IMG/VR virus record: IMGVR_UViG_3300020057_001237
DNA length: 64,000 nt
Direction: 5' to 3' (one strand)
Source: an uncultured virus (IMG/VR IMGVR_UViG_3300020057_001237)
Lineage: Duplodnaviria; Heunggongvirae; Uroviricota; Caudoviricetes
Below are positions 56,455-64,000 of this stretch, piece after piece (the first letter of the stretch is position 1; the number at the start of each line of letters is the position of its first letter). The notes beneath the pieces were generated by a model that saw only the letters and a program-made list of their open reading frames with translations, searched no databases and had not been told where the DNA came from. The position numbers and the translations under genes were made by a program.

Positions 56455-56781
56455 TTAATCTCGCTTCAAATTCATCAGCTCTTTTGTTAAGCCTAAGAAA
56501 TTAAGATCCAATTGGTGTAGTTTTTCGTCGTCGATGTCTTGGTGTGCATCTGCATACTTTTTGAACTCTTGAGCCATCTTTTCAGGACCGAGGTCCGTTA
56601 GGTGAAACCAAAAAGAATCAACACTATCGACAAGACTAACGCTGCTACTGTTATGGTGACCTTGGCTTTCGTCTTCCAAAACTTCCTCTTCAGTATTGGC
56701 GTGAACGCCGATCTTCTTGCGAAGAGCAGCTTTGTTCTTTGCTTCGTACTTACTTTGGATCTTGTCTAGAAATTTACTCAT
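56455..56781 (-). CDS. hypothetical protein
   Basis: GAGG RBS. Confidence 0.65.
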   Translation of the reverse strand: MSKFLDKIQSKYEAKNKAALRKKIGVHANTEEEVLEDESQGHHNSSSVSLVDSVDSFWFHLTDLGPEKMAQEFKKYADAHQDIDDEKLHQLDLNFLGLTKELMNLKRD

Positions 56782-56790
56782 TAAAGCCTC

Positions 56791-56823
56791 AAAAAGAGGC
56801 GGGGCTCTTCACCCCGCCGTCTA
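56791..56823 (-). terminator. intrinsic terminator after the sheath gene
   Basis: Minus strand GGCGGGG-TGAAGAG-CCCCGCC-TCTTTTT. Confidence 0.75.
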
Positions 56824-56824
56824 G

Positions 56825-59800
56825 TTATTTAGGAAATCCACCAGGCAAGCTTACTGTAAATAGACCGTAGATCCGCTTCGCAACCGTGGCTAAGAAGTAG
56901 TTGTAGCCAATGTAGTAAAGAGTAGGATCGGCGTTATCACGAGCTACTTGAACGTCAGCGTTCGTGATCTGACGACCCGAACCCGTAGCTGTTTGGTAGT
57001 CGGCGATAAGTGAACGAGTAACGAGCGTCTTCAAGCGGTTCATAAGAACGTCTTGGATCAGCGCAACACCCGAAGCTGCCGATGGGAACACTTGACCGAT
57101 GATTGCGCCAGTCATGACTCGGCGAATGTCCTTCGTTACGAACTGCTTCTGAGTCATCTGATTCAGGTTGAGCGTGTCCGGCGAGAACGGGTCCGTCGTG
57201 ATGTCTTCCATGATCTGCATTACGCCCTGACCAACATCCTTGAAGTAGATGATGTTGTTGCCGCCAAGCTGAAGGTTCTCTTCACGCTTGTAGGTTTCAA
57301 CCGAGTCGAAACTCGTGATCTGCTTAAGGAGGACAGTCTCTTTAGGGTCCGTGAAGGACGCCACAAGAGAGGCAAGTGCAGCAGCAATGAAGCTACCGTC
57401 TAGAGTAACCGTCGAAGCACTGTTGTCTTCAAGCGTGATCGTTCTCGTAGCTTTCGTGTGACCGACAAGAATACGAGTACCGTGAGCAGGAGACTGACCG
57501 TAGACGGCAAAGAGGCGACGGCTGTAGAAGGCAAGCGAGCCTGCTTCGTTTTCGGAACCGATTGGCGTACCAATTGGACAACCTACGAACGTTAAGCACT
57601 CATGCGTTTCGAACGGCTCGTTAGCACGGTTGACCGTATTGAGCTGATCGCCAATGTTTTGGAAGCTGTTGAGCACGACAAGTTCTGTCGCACGCTTGTC
57701 TTCCAAGAAGGACGTGATACCCCTACGGTAGTCGTCTTTGCTGTACACACCGTCGTCGTCAGAGTCACGAACCTGAACACAGAAAAGACCAGGGATGGCG
57801 TAGTCAAACGCAATTTGGGCTCCGATGTAAAGATCGTTACGGATCGTCGATGGTGCCAAGAAGCGACGTGCATCTTCCGCTGTAAGGAAAAGGAACGGAC
57901 GGTCGTACATTTCTACAGGACGAAGATATTTCGCCGTAAGGAAGTAAGACTGACCCGGATCAGGCTCGGCACCGTGCCAACGGTATACGACTTGAACGTC
58001 GCCGTCAGACACACCGAAACCTGGAGTTGTGATTCTAAAGAACTGCGTTCCTACCACTTGAGAGTAGGTAAGCGGCGAACCGTTGCTTACACGGCGGAAA
58101 GCAAATACGGTGTCGGGCTGGTTTGCAAGTGAAACGTATTTCGCTCCTACGTAACCAGTTATGGCACCTGTAACGTCGGTTTGAATGTCAGCAGGGTTCG
58201 TAAAGGTTTCTGTAACTTCCTTTTGAAGGCTGAAGTTAAGAAGACCAAGTGAACGAGCCTGTGTGTCAAACGTGTCACCAGCAACAATCATCGAGCCGCC
58301 AGGACCCGCATTTACGAGTGTGCTCGTGTAGGCGTTTCGGACGTAAAAACGAAGACCGTCAGGAATTTCAAAGCGACCATGGTTTACGTTCGTGTCAGCA
58401 GTCCATGTGCCGAAACGACCTTCAGGTGTATCACTGTTGTAACCGCCCGAGTAGAGGGCTTGGTTAGCCAACTGTGTGACGCCGCCGATTTGAAGCTTGA
58501 TGTTACGAACGGACTCTTTGCCTTTGTAGAAGCGTTGTGGGGCAGATACTACCCAATCAAACATGTCGCCCACTACGTAGTGCGTTGCACCGAAGCTCAT
58601 CTTCACGGTAATGCCGCTTGCGCCAAGAACTTGGAGGTCCGAGTTCGGCACTAGTTCGGATACTGTGAAAGAACCGCTTGCAGCAGAGTTGCCGTACATG
58701 ACCCAAGCAAAGCTCGCTACTCGGGAGCCTAAGCCACCCGATACAGTCAAACACTGTACACGGAACTTTGTATTGTATTCCGTCTGCGTGTAGGCAGATG
58801 GAAGGGAGTCGATGGTAAGGGAGCCGGTAGAACCGAGAGCTAGGTTGTCGTCAATGTCCGAGAACTCAGTAAACTGGTTCGTGTTCGAGAGAAGAGAATC
58901 AAGTTCGATAAGACCTGCACCGTTGGCTTGAAGATAAAATACGTCGCCGACGTTGTAGTTAGATGCACCGAAGTCAAAGTCAGCAATAACACCAAGCTCA
59001 AGAGGTTGGTTGTTAAGCGTCAGAAGGTTCGATTCGTCCAAGCTGATCTGCGGCTTTGTAATCGCTACAGAGATAGGCGTCGGAGGAAGAGCGTTTTCAC
59101 CGAACGAAACCGGCGTTGCATTCCACGCTAGAGTCGCAAGACGGGTAGGGGATACACCCGACGCTGCGATGCATTCTAAGCGGTATACACGGTTATAAGG
59201 GTGCGAGTAACTTGCCGACGTAGAAACGACAACCGTACCCGTACCCGAAGCACCTGCGGAGTTCACCGTTGAAAGGCTATTCGTAAGGTTGATGTTGTCG
59301 GGATCTGGAACAACTGTGTCAATCTCAGACTCGACGAAGAAATCAACATACTCAGCATATTCTTGTTGGTCTTGGAATGGACCAACAGCGACAATCTCAC
59401 GAACCTGAGCCGAAATATTGAGCTGACCAATCGTCACTTCTGGGATTGGATCTGCCAACGATCTCGATGTAGTCTGATAGTCGAGGTAGTATTGCGCCGA
59501 TGGATCATAAGCAGTGTCTTGAATAAGGATGCGGTCGTAAACACCGCCGATTCCTTGGACAAAACTCCACTTATTATTCGTTACCTCGACGCCATCTTGG
59601 GTACGAAGTCGTACCGGAAGCGTCTGTGAGCCGTTGGACAAGTAGTCCAACGTCGCAAGGAACGGCGAAATGGTTGAAAAGGCGAGCTGCTCGTCAAAGC
59701 GAAAACTACGCCGCATCTCAGTATTTCGTACAATAAAGAGGCGATCCCCTTTACCAACGAGACATGGAACACGCACATCGTTCGCCAGAGCGCCCGAACC

Positions 59801-59869
59801 TGGGATGAAAAACTGCCCGATGTACGTTCCGATCTCGGTGTAACGGGTTGATGCTAATCTAGGTGCCAT
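56825..59869 (-). CDS. tail sheath protein
   Basis: 1014 aa. N-terminal YT..G.YI...VPCLVG.G, and a C-terminal sheath fold (LDGSFIAAALA, DITTD, IGQVF, LIADY, DPT.Y....Y). Confidence 0.82.
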   Translation of the reverse strand: MAPRLASTRYTEIGTYIGQFFIPGSGALANDVRVPCLVGKGDRLFIVRNTEMRRSFRFDEQLAFSTISPFLATLDYLSNGSQTLPVRLRTQDGVEVTNNKWSFVQGIGGVYDRILIQDTAYDPSAQYYLDYQTTSRSLADPIPEVTIGQLNISAQVREIVAVGPFQDQQEYAEYVDFFVESEIDTVVPDPDNINLTNSLSTVNSAGASGTGTVVVSTSASYSHPYNRVYRLECIAASGVSPTRLATLAWNATPVSFGENALPPTPISVAITKPQISLDESNLLTLNNQPLELGVIADFDFGASNYNVGDVFYLQANGAGLIELDSLLSNTNQFTEFSDIDDNLALGSTGSLTIDSLPSAYTQTEYNTKFRVQCLTVSGGLGSRVASFAWVMYGNSAASGSFTVSELVPNSDLQVLGASGITVKMSFGATHYVVGDMFDWVVSAPQRFYKGKESVRNIKLQIGGVTQLANQALYSGGYNSDTPEGRFGTWTADTNVNHGRFEIPDGLRFYVRNAYTSTLVNAGPGGSMIVAGDTFDTQARSLGLLNFSLQKEVTETFTNPADIQTDVTGAITGYVGAKYVSLANQPDTVFAFRRVSNGSPLTYSQVVGTQFFRITTPGFGVSDGDVQVVYRWHGAEPDPGQSYFLTAKYLRPVEMYDRPFLFLTAEDARRFLAPSTIRNDLYIGAQIAFDYAIPGLFCVQVRDSDDDGVYSKDDYRRGITSFLEDKRATELVVLNSFQNIGDQLNTVNRANEPFETHECLTFVGCPIGTPIGSENEAGSLAFYSRRLFAVYGQSPAHGTRILVGHTKATRTITLEDNSASTVTLDGSFIAAALASLVASFTDPKETVLLKQITSFDSVETYKREENLQLGGNNIIYFKDVGQGVMQIMEDITTDPFSPDTLNLNQMTQKQFVTKDIRRVMTGAIIGQVFPSAASGVALIQDVLMNRLKTLVTRSLIADYQTATGSGRQITNADVQVARDNADPTLYYIGYNYFLATVAKRIYGLFTVSLPGGFPK

Positions 59870-59958
59870 ATACCCCTCTTTCTATTGACTAATGGAGTGC
59901 TCTTAAGAGGTTTGAGATTGTCCTCAACTGAATCTTTTGTAGGTGATTGAAAAGGTTC

Positions 59959-60978
59959 TTAAAGGGAAACACGAAACGGTATGTCCATTACTAGATTTTT
60001 CCGTCGTCCTGTCTTCAAGTCTTGAGTCCCGTCACCAACACTATCGAAAATATATAAAAGACAATTTCCAACCCGCCGTGGCGAAATAATCCACGGCACG
60101 TCTGAAGTCACAGAGCATATGTTTGGGTCAGATACGCCGAGGTATTGACTCTTGAGTAAATTAACGATGAATAATTGAAAAGGTTCACCTATCTTAATCT
60201 GCTGGTTAGGAGCTAAATTCATAACTGTCGGTCCTGGCACGCCGATTTGCTGTCCGACTACACCTGTAACTGGCTGCACTAGTTGAGGAACAGGAAGTTC
60301 CACGCTGGCGTGAGTTTCAATTTCGACCTGAAGGTCAATGGATCTCATCCACACCTGAGACTTGGTGTCACCTTCGACGGCGACGTTAGTAAGCTGCCCG
60401 CTCGTAATGCCTGCCATCGGCAGGCGTACTTCCCAACGGCTGCTAGCATTTCTTATGATCTTGTTGTTTACGGCGTCCGACAGCGTATCCACGATGTAAA
60501 GAATGAGCTGTGAAAGCGTCGTCGTATCTTCTTCCGAGTACGTCGCTACGTTTAAAGCGAGTGATACTTTACCTATGAATATAGAAGTTCCACGCCAACG
60601 GTTACCGAAAGCAAAGCCTTCGACGAGACTGTTGATGCCTGCATTCTCCGACTCCATGCCTTGGTCGATAATCATAATCGACGGAAGCTTGCCGGAGTTC
60701 TCTGCGAAAAACCGTGCTAGGTGGGTCTTACGGATGTTAGGTGAGGTCTTCATCTCCTCGTCATAGGTCACGTCGGTTACGTATTGAAGACCTTCAGAGG
60801 AGACCGTAGAGCGGATGTAGTTGCGATTGGAGCCATATGGAGAGAGGAAGCTATCTAGGTATTTATGGATCGCACTTTTGCAAATGCTGATCGCTTTATC
60901 AACGACCTGTTCCCGGTAAGTCTCTTGTAGACTCTCCGGTTTCAAGAGGTTGCTGTAACCTAGCGGCGGTGTCGCCAT
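59959..60978 (-). CDS. probable tail completion/terminator protein
   Basis: Lies immediately upstream of the sheath. It has LPSIMI and a C-terminal Ig-like VSDPNI..V segment. Confidence 0.5.
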   Translation of the reverse strand: MATPPLGYSNLLKPESLQETYREQVVDKAISICKSAIHKYLDSFLSPYGSNRNYIRSTVSSEGLQYVTDVTYDEEMKTSPNIRKTHLARFFAENSGKLPSIMIIDQGMESENAGINSLVEGFAFGNRWRGTSIFIGKVSLALNVATYSEEDTTTLSQLILYIVDTLSDAVNNKIIRNASSRWEVRLPMAGITSGQLTNVAVEGDTKSQVWMRSIDLQVEIETHASVELPVPQLVQPVTGVVGQQIGVPGPTVMNLAPNQQIKIGEPFQLFIVNLLKSQYLGVSDPNICSVTSDVPWIISPRRVGNCLLYIFDSVGDGTQDLKTGRRKNLVMDIPFRVSL

Positions 60979-61567
60979 CCCTGCTCCCTATTTCCAATTT
61001 CGCATGGTCGGCGAGGACCCCACGTACTGCTTGCAATACACTCTTTTGGAGATCTTCCGGCAGACTTGCCATGGCTGTGACATCGCCGACGTTGATACCT
61101 GTTTTCCCTGCAAGGGCGGAAAAAGCTATCTGTCTGCTTAATCTCGTGATCCAGTAGAACTCCTCGTCTTGAAGAATTTCATCTTCACTAAGACTTACAA
61201 GATCTTTGAAGTCTCGATCTATGAGGTCCATGTGACGTTTGGCTTCAAGCGACTTCTCTTTAAAGCCCGTCTGTAGCTCTTCTAGTTTCAACTTTGCTCG
61301 CTTTAGTTCCCGTGTTTTACGGGCTTTATTCCAAAAGAAATGCCACTTCGACAGCCTTTCAACTTCGGCTTGAGCTTCCTCTATGTCCAACTCAGAGACT
61401 TTGAGCGAGCGCCAGAATGCTTTAAGTTGGACGACGTGCTGCCAATACTCGAACTTACGGCTGCCCTTTTGGGAAGTGGTCTTGAAGTGTTCGATTTGAA
61501 ATGGAGTATGACCTAAAGAATAGGTGCGAAGGGGCTCAAATTTATCAAGACGATTAATAATAGACAT
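60899..61567 (-). CDS. hypothetical coiled-coil protein
   Basis: GGAGG RBS, and it follows the fibre gene. Confidence 0.65.
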   Translation of the reverse strand: MSIINRLDKFEPLRTYSLGHTPFQIEHFKTTSQKGSRKFEYWQHVVQLKAFWRSLKVSELDIEEAQAEVERLSKWHFFWNKARKTRELKRAKLKLEELQTGFKEKSLEAKRHMDLIDRDFKDLVSLSEDEILQDEEFYWITRLSRQIAFSALAGKTGINVGDVTAMASLPEDLQKSVLQAVRGVLADHAKLEIGSRDGDTAARLQQPLETGESTRDLPGTGR

Positions 61568-61607
61568 AATTATCCTCCAGTAGTTAATCCTACTTCGGAG
61601 GTCAACC

Positions 61608-64000
61608 TTACAGCAAGCCTCTAGTTTGGAATGATGACACCGAAGTCGCCGTCCAACCAGTGGTCACCGGTAGCCAAGACGCTACTGCTGAAACCGTCTC
61701 TAAGTCGAAGTTGAGGCGGTCAAGGTCTGTGTCACCGCCGAAGTAGCCGTTGGTAATCGAGTTAGCAGCGCTGCTTAAACCCGCCGTAGAAGACAGAGTT
61801 GCCGTAAGCAGCGTCGAGGTGTCAGTGGAGTAAGCGTAAGAGTAAAGTGCTCCCGTGCTCCGTCCGAAGTATCCCGTATCACCACTGACATTGTTACAGC
61901 CGACTTGAATATTGGTGACACCAATAGTTCCACCTGCCGAAAGCGTCTCGGTTGCATATGTAAATTTGCTTACCGTACTCGTTGCGTTGCTGTGGACGAT
62001 GTACCCTGTGGTTGCTGACGTTGCCGAACCGCTTTTTAACGCTGCCGACGACAGAGGTCCGGCGAGGGGCGTAGCAACTTCCGTGGTGTGGTTGAGCTTA
62101 GCGATAGTCAATAGACTGCCAACACCAATCGTTTCACCACCGGCTGCATAGCCGAAGGATCTGTTGCCGACAGCAGCAGCTCCAGATCTAGCGGTTGCTA
62201 ATGGAGCTACGAGGTCTGCCACTGTGCTCGTACTGTAGTTAAAAGAACTTATGAGGGTAGTAGAAGCTGCTAACACCTGTCCACCAAGCACGTAGCCGGA
62301 CGCTATTGAGCTGCTGCCCACCATGTAAGCACGAGCCGAAGACATCGTGAAGGCACCCGCAAGGGATGTCTCTACGTTCAAGTTCATACCGTAAATATCT
62401 GTCGAGAGTACCCCTGCGTCATCGCCGCCACCAAAGAAGGCACGAGCCGTAAGAGTGTCGTCGGCGTCGAGGTAAGCTTCCCAATAAATCGAATAGCTTT
62501 GTGTCGTCGTCGTCGAGAATTTGACGGTGAACCCTTCTTCCGAAGAGTTAAGGACACCCATAGTCGGAAGCGTACAAGGCGACGTGGCTGATTCAATCGA
62601 CCACATAGTCTTGATGTTTCTTGGCTTCGTAGCGAAAGGCTCGTCGAAGACGACGAAGACGCTTGACGTACCGTTGGCTACAGGGATGATACCCCGCTTT
62701 TGACGAGTCGAAGCGAGATCGCCGTAAGAGAACTTAAGAGCAGTCGGCGACGATGCCGCCACGAATTGATCTTTTAAAGGCTCAGCATCAGGCAGAGTTA
62801 CCGTGTAAGAAGTTGCAATAGCAACCGGAGCCTGGAAACCCGCAAAATTCGTGCCGTTGGCGGTGTCTTCGTAGAAGCGCAGAGCGGCTTGGTCGCCAAG
62901 CTCCAAAGCTTGCCCGCCGACGTTTAGGTTGAACCAAGACACGTAGTTAATGGTTTGACCTAAAGAGTAGTAACCGATTGCACCAGGCAAAGCACCCGGC
63001 GTTACGAGCATTGCGTAAGAGATTTGACCGAAGGTGTCAACGGTGACGCTTGTCCCGTTAATTCCCGGCAAACCTACAGGAATAAGAAGCTGCGTACTGC
63101 TTATGTTCGTCGGCGTAGAATAGAAGGCAAACGCATTAAGTGTACCAGCACTGATACCCACACCGGCAGGGACACTCGCCCATCCGAGGTTACCAGAGCC
63201 GTCCGTGATAAGAGCTTGGTTCGCAATCCCGTCGTCATCTGGAAGGTTCCAAATGGTGCTAGTAGCTACAACAGACGGAGCTTTAAACCCGACATACCCT
63301 AAGCCGCCATCGTCGTAGAAGCGAAGAGCTACTCCGTTGAGAGCACTTAAATATTGTCCAGGGTTAAGGTCTTCAATGCGGAAGAGGTAGTTGCTGCCAA
63401 CGCCGAGGTGAACCGCACCGTAACCTGCCGAGTCTGAGTCGCCTGAAAGAAGCACGAGATCCGCGCCGTTGACGCCTGCACCGTTGCCAGCTTTCACCGT
63501 CAAAGTAGTCGGCGAAGCACCGTCAGTGCCTAAGAGATCAAACGACGAACCTGTAAAAGTAAGACCTGTTCCTGTGTAGTAAGCATTAGCTGCTGGAGAT
63601 ACCCTGCGAGTTGCTGCTTGATAAAAGGCGACAGCGTTTACCGCTCCAACGTCAACTTGGCTTTGGAAGCTCAAGATGCCTGCGGCGTTGGACGTAAGCA
63701 CGTCACCCGAAGACGCTGCGTCGGTTAAAGGCAATGTCCAAGTGATGCTCGTCGTCTGTGCGGCAGATACCGTAAAGCCGACGTAGTTAGTGTTTGTGAT
63801 TTCGTAAAGGCGAATTTTACCACTGTTACGAAGATGAAGCTCCGCCGACGCATCCACCGTCAAAAGGAAGCTAGAGTCGTTTACTTGGTTTCCGCTTGTG
63901 GGGTAGAAAGCCAAGTAACCGGAAACACCGCTTTGGACTGCACCGACCAAGGTTGAGGCGTTTACCCAACTGAAGGCACTGGCACCGTCTGAGATAAGAA
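61608..64000 (-). CDS. tail fibre-like protein with C-terminal Kelch-like repeats (5' end outside the window)
   Basis: The frame is open to the window edge. It has three NYVGF.AP....S..W.LP..DG...Q.L.TDGSG.L.W-type repeats and C-terminal AR....GY..GG repeats. Confidence 0.7.
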   Translation of the reverse strand, partial: LISDGASAFSWVNASTLVGAVQSGVSGYLAFYPTSGNQVNDSSFLLTVDASAELHLRNSGKIRLYEITNTNYVGFTVSAAQTTSITWTLPLTDAASSGDVLTSNAAGILSFQSQVDVGAVNAVAFYQAATRRVSPAANAYYTGTGLTFTGSSFDLLGTDGASPTTLTVKAGNGAGVNGADLVLLSGDSDSAGYGAVHLGVGSNYLFRIEDLNPGQYLSALNGVALRFYDDGGLGYVGFKAPSVVATSTIWNLPDDDGIANQALITDGSGNLGWASVPAGVGISAGTLNAFAFYSTPTNISSTQLLIPVGLPGINGTSVTVDTFGQISYAMLVTPGALPGAIGYYSLGQTINYVSWFNLNVGGQALELGDQAALRFYEDTANGTNFAGFQAPVAIATSYTVTLPDAEPLKDQFVAASSPTALKFSYGDLASTRQKRGIIPVANGTSSVFVVFDEPFATKPRNIKTMWSIESATSPCTLPTMGVLNSSEEGFTVKFSTTTTQSYSIYWEAYLDADDTLTARAFFGGGDDAGVLSTDIYGMNLNVETSLAGAFTMSSARAYMVGSSSIASGYVLGGQVLAASTTLISSFNYSTSTVADLVAPLATARSGAAAVGNRSFGYAAGGETIGVGSLLTIAKLNHTTEVATPLAGPLSSAALKSGSATSATTGYIVHSNATSTVSKFTYATETLSAGGTIGVTNIQVGCNNVSGDTGYFGRSTGALYSYAYSTDTSTLLTATLSSTAGLSSAANSITNGYFGGDTDLDRLNFDLETVSAVASWLPVTTGWTATSVSSFQTRGLL

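Overview
A 64 kb segment of a large (jumbo-type) contractile-tailed phage genome. Positions 1-18.3 kb (+) carry baseplate and tail-fibre-type genes that share a mobile ~75-aa beta-rich module. Positions 42.7-64 kb (-) carry the tail module: fibre, probable completion protein, sheath, tube, SNF2-like helicase, tail assembly chaperone with a -1 frameshift, and tape measure. The accessory region between them holds a tnpB-only IS200/IS605 element inserted in a small lipoprotein gene and an orphan left end of the same family. It also holds a lytic transglycosylase, a thioredoxin, a beta-barrel protein, a peptidase-S74 tail fibre with a broken paralog, vWA proteins, three peptidases, sugar-modifying enzymes, HNH nucleases and nine tRNA genes. 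The main finding is an unannotated 26-codon leader peptide (MFKGQGQAQHQAAAQHRAAGSVGVCP, 32237-32317, minus strand). It lies between a sigma70-like promoter and a terminator/antiterminator switch, directly upstream of eight tRNAs for His, Ala, Gly, Arg and Gln. These are exactly the five amino acids that make up codons 4-20 of the peptide, so it looks like a ribosome-stalling attenuator that turns on a phage tRNA array when those tRNAs run short. Four of these tRNAs also carry compensatory 19:56 elbow changes. All calls come from reading the sequence by eye, and no database searches or folding computations were run.
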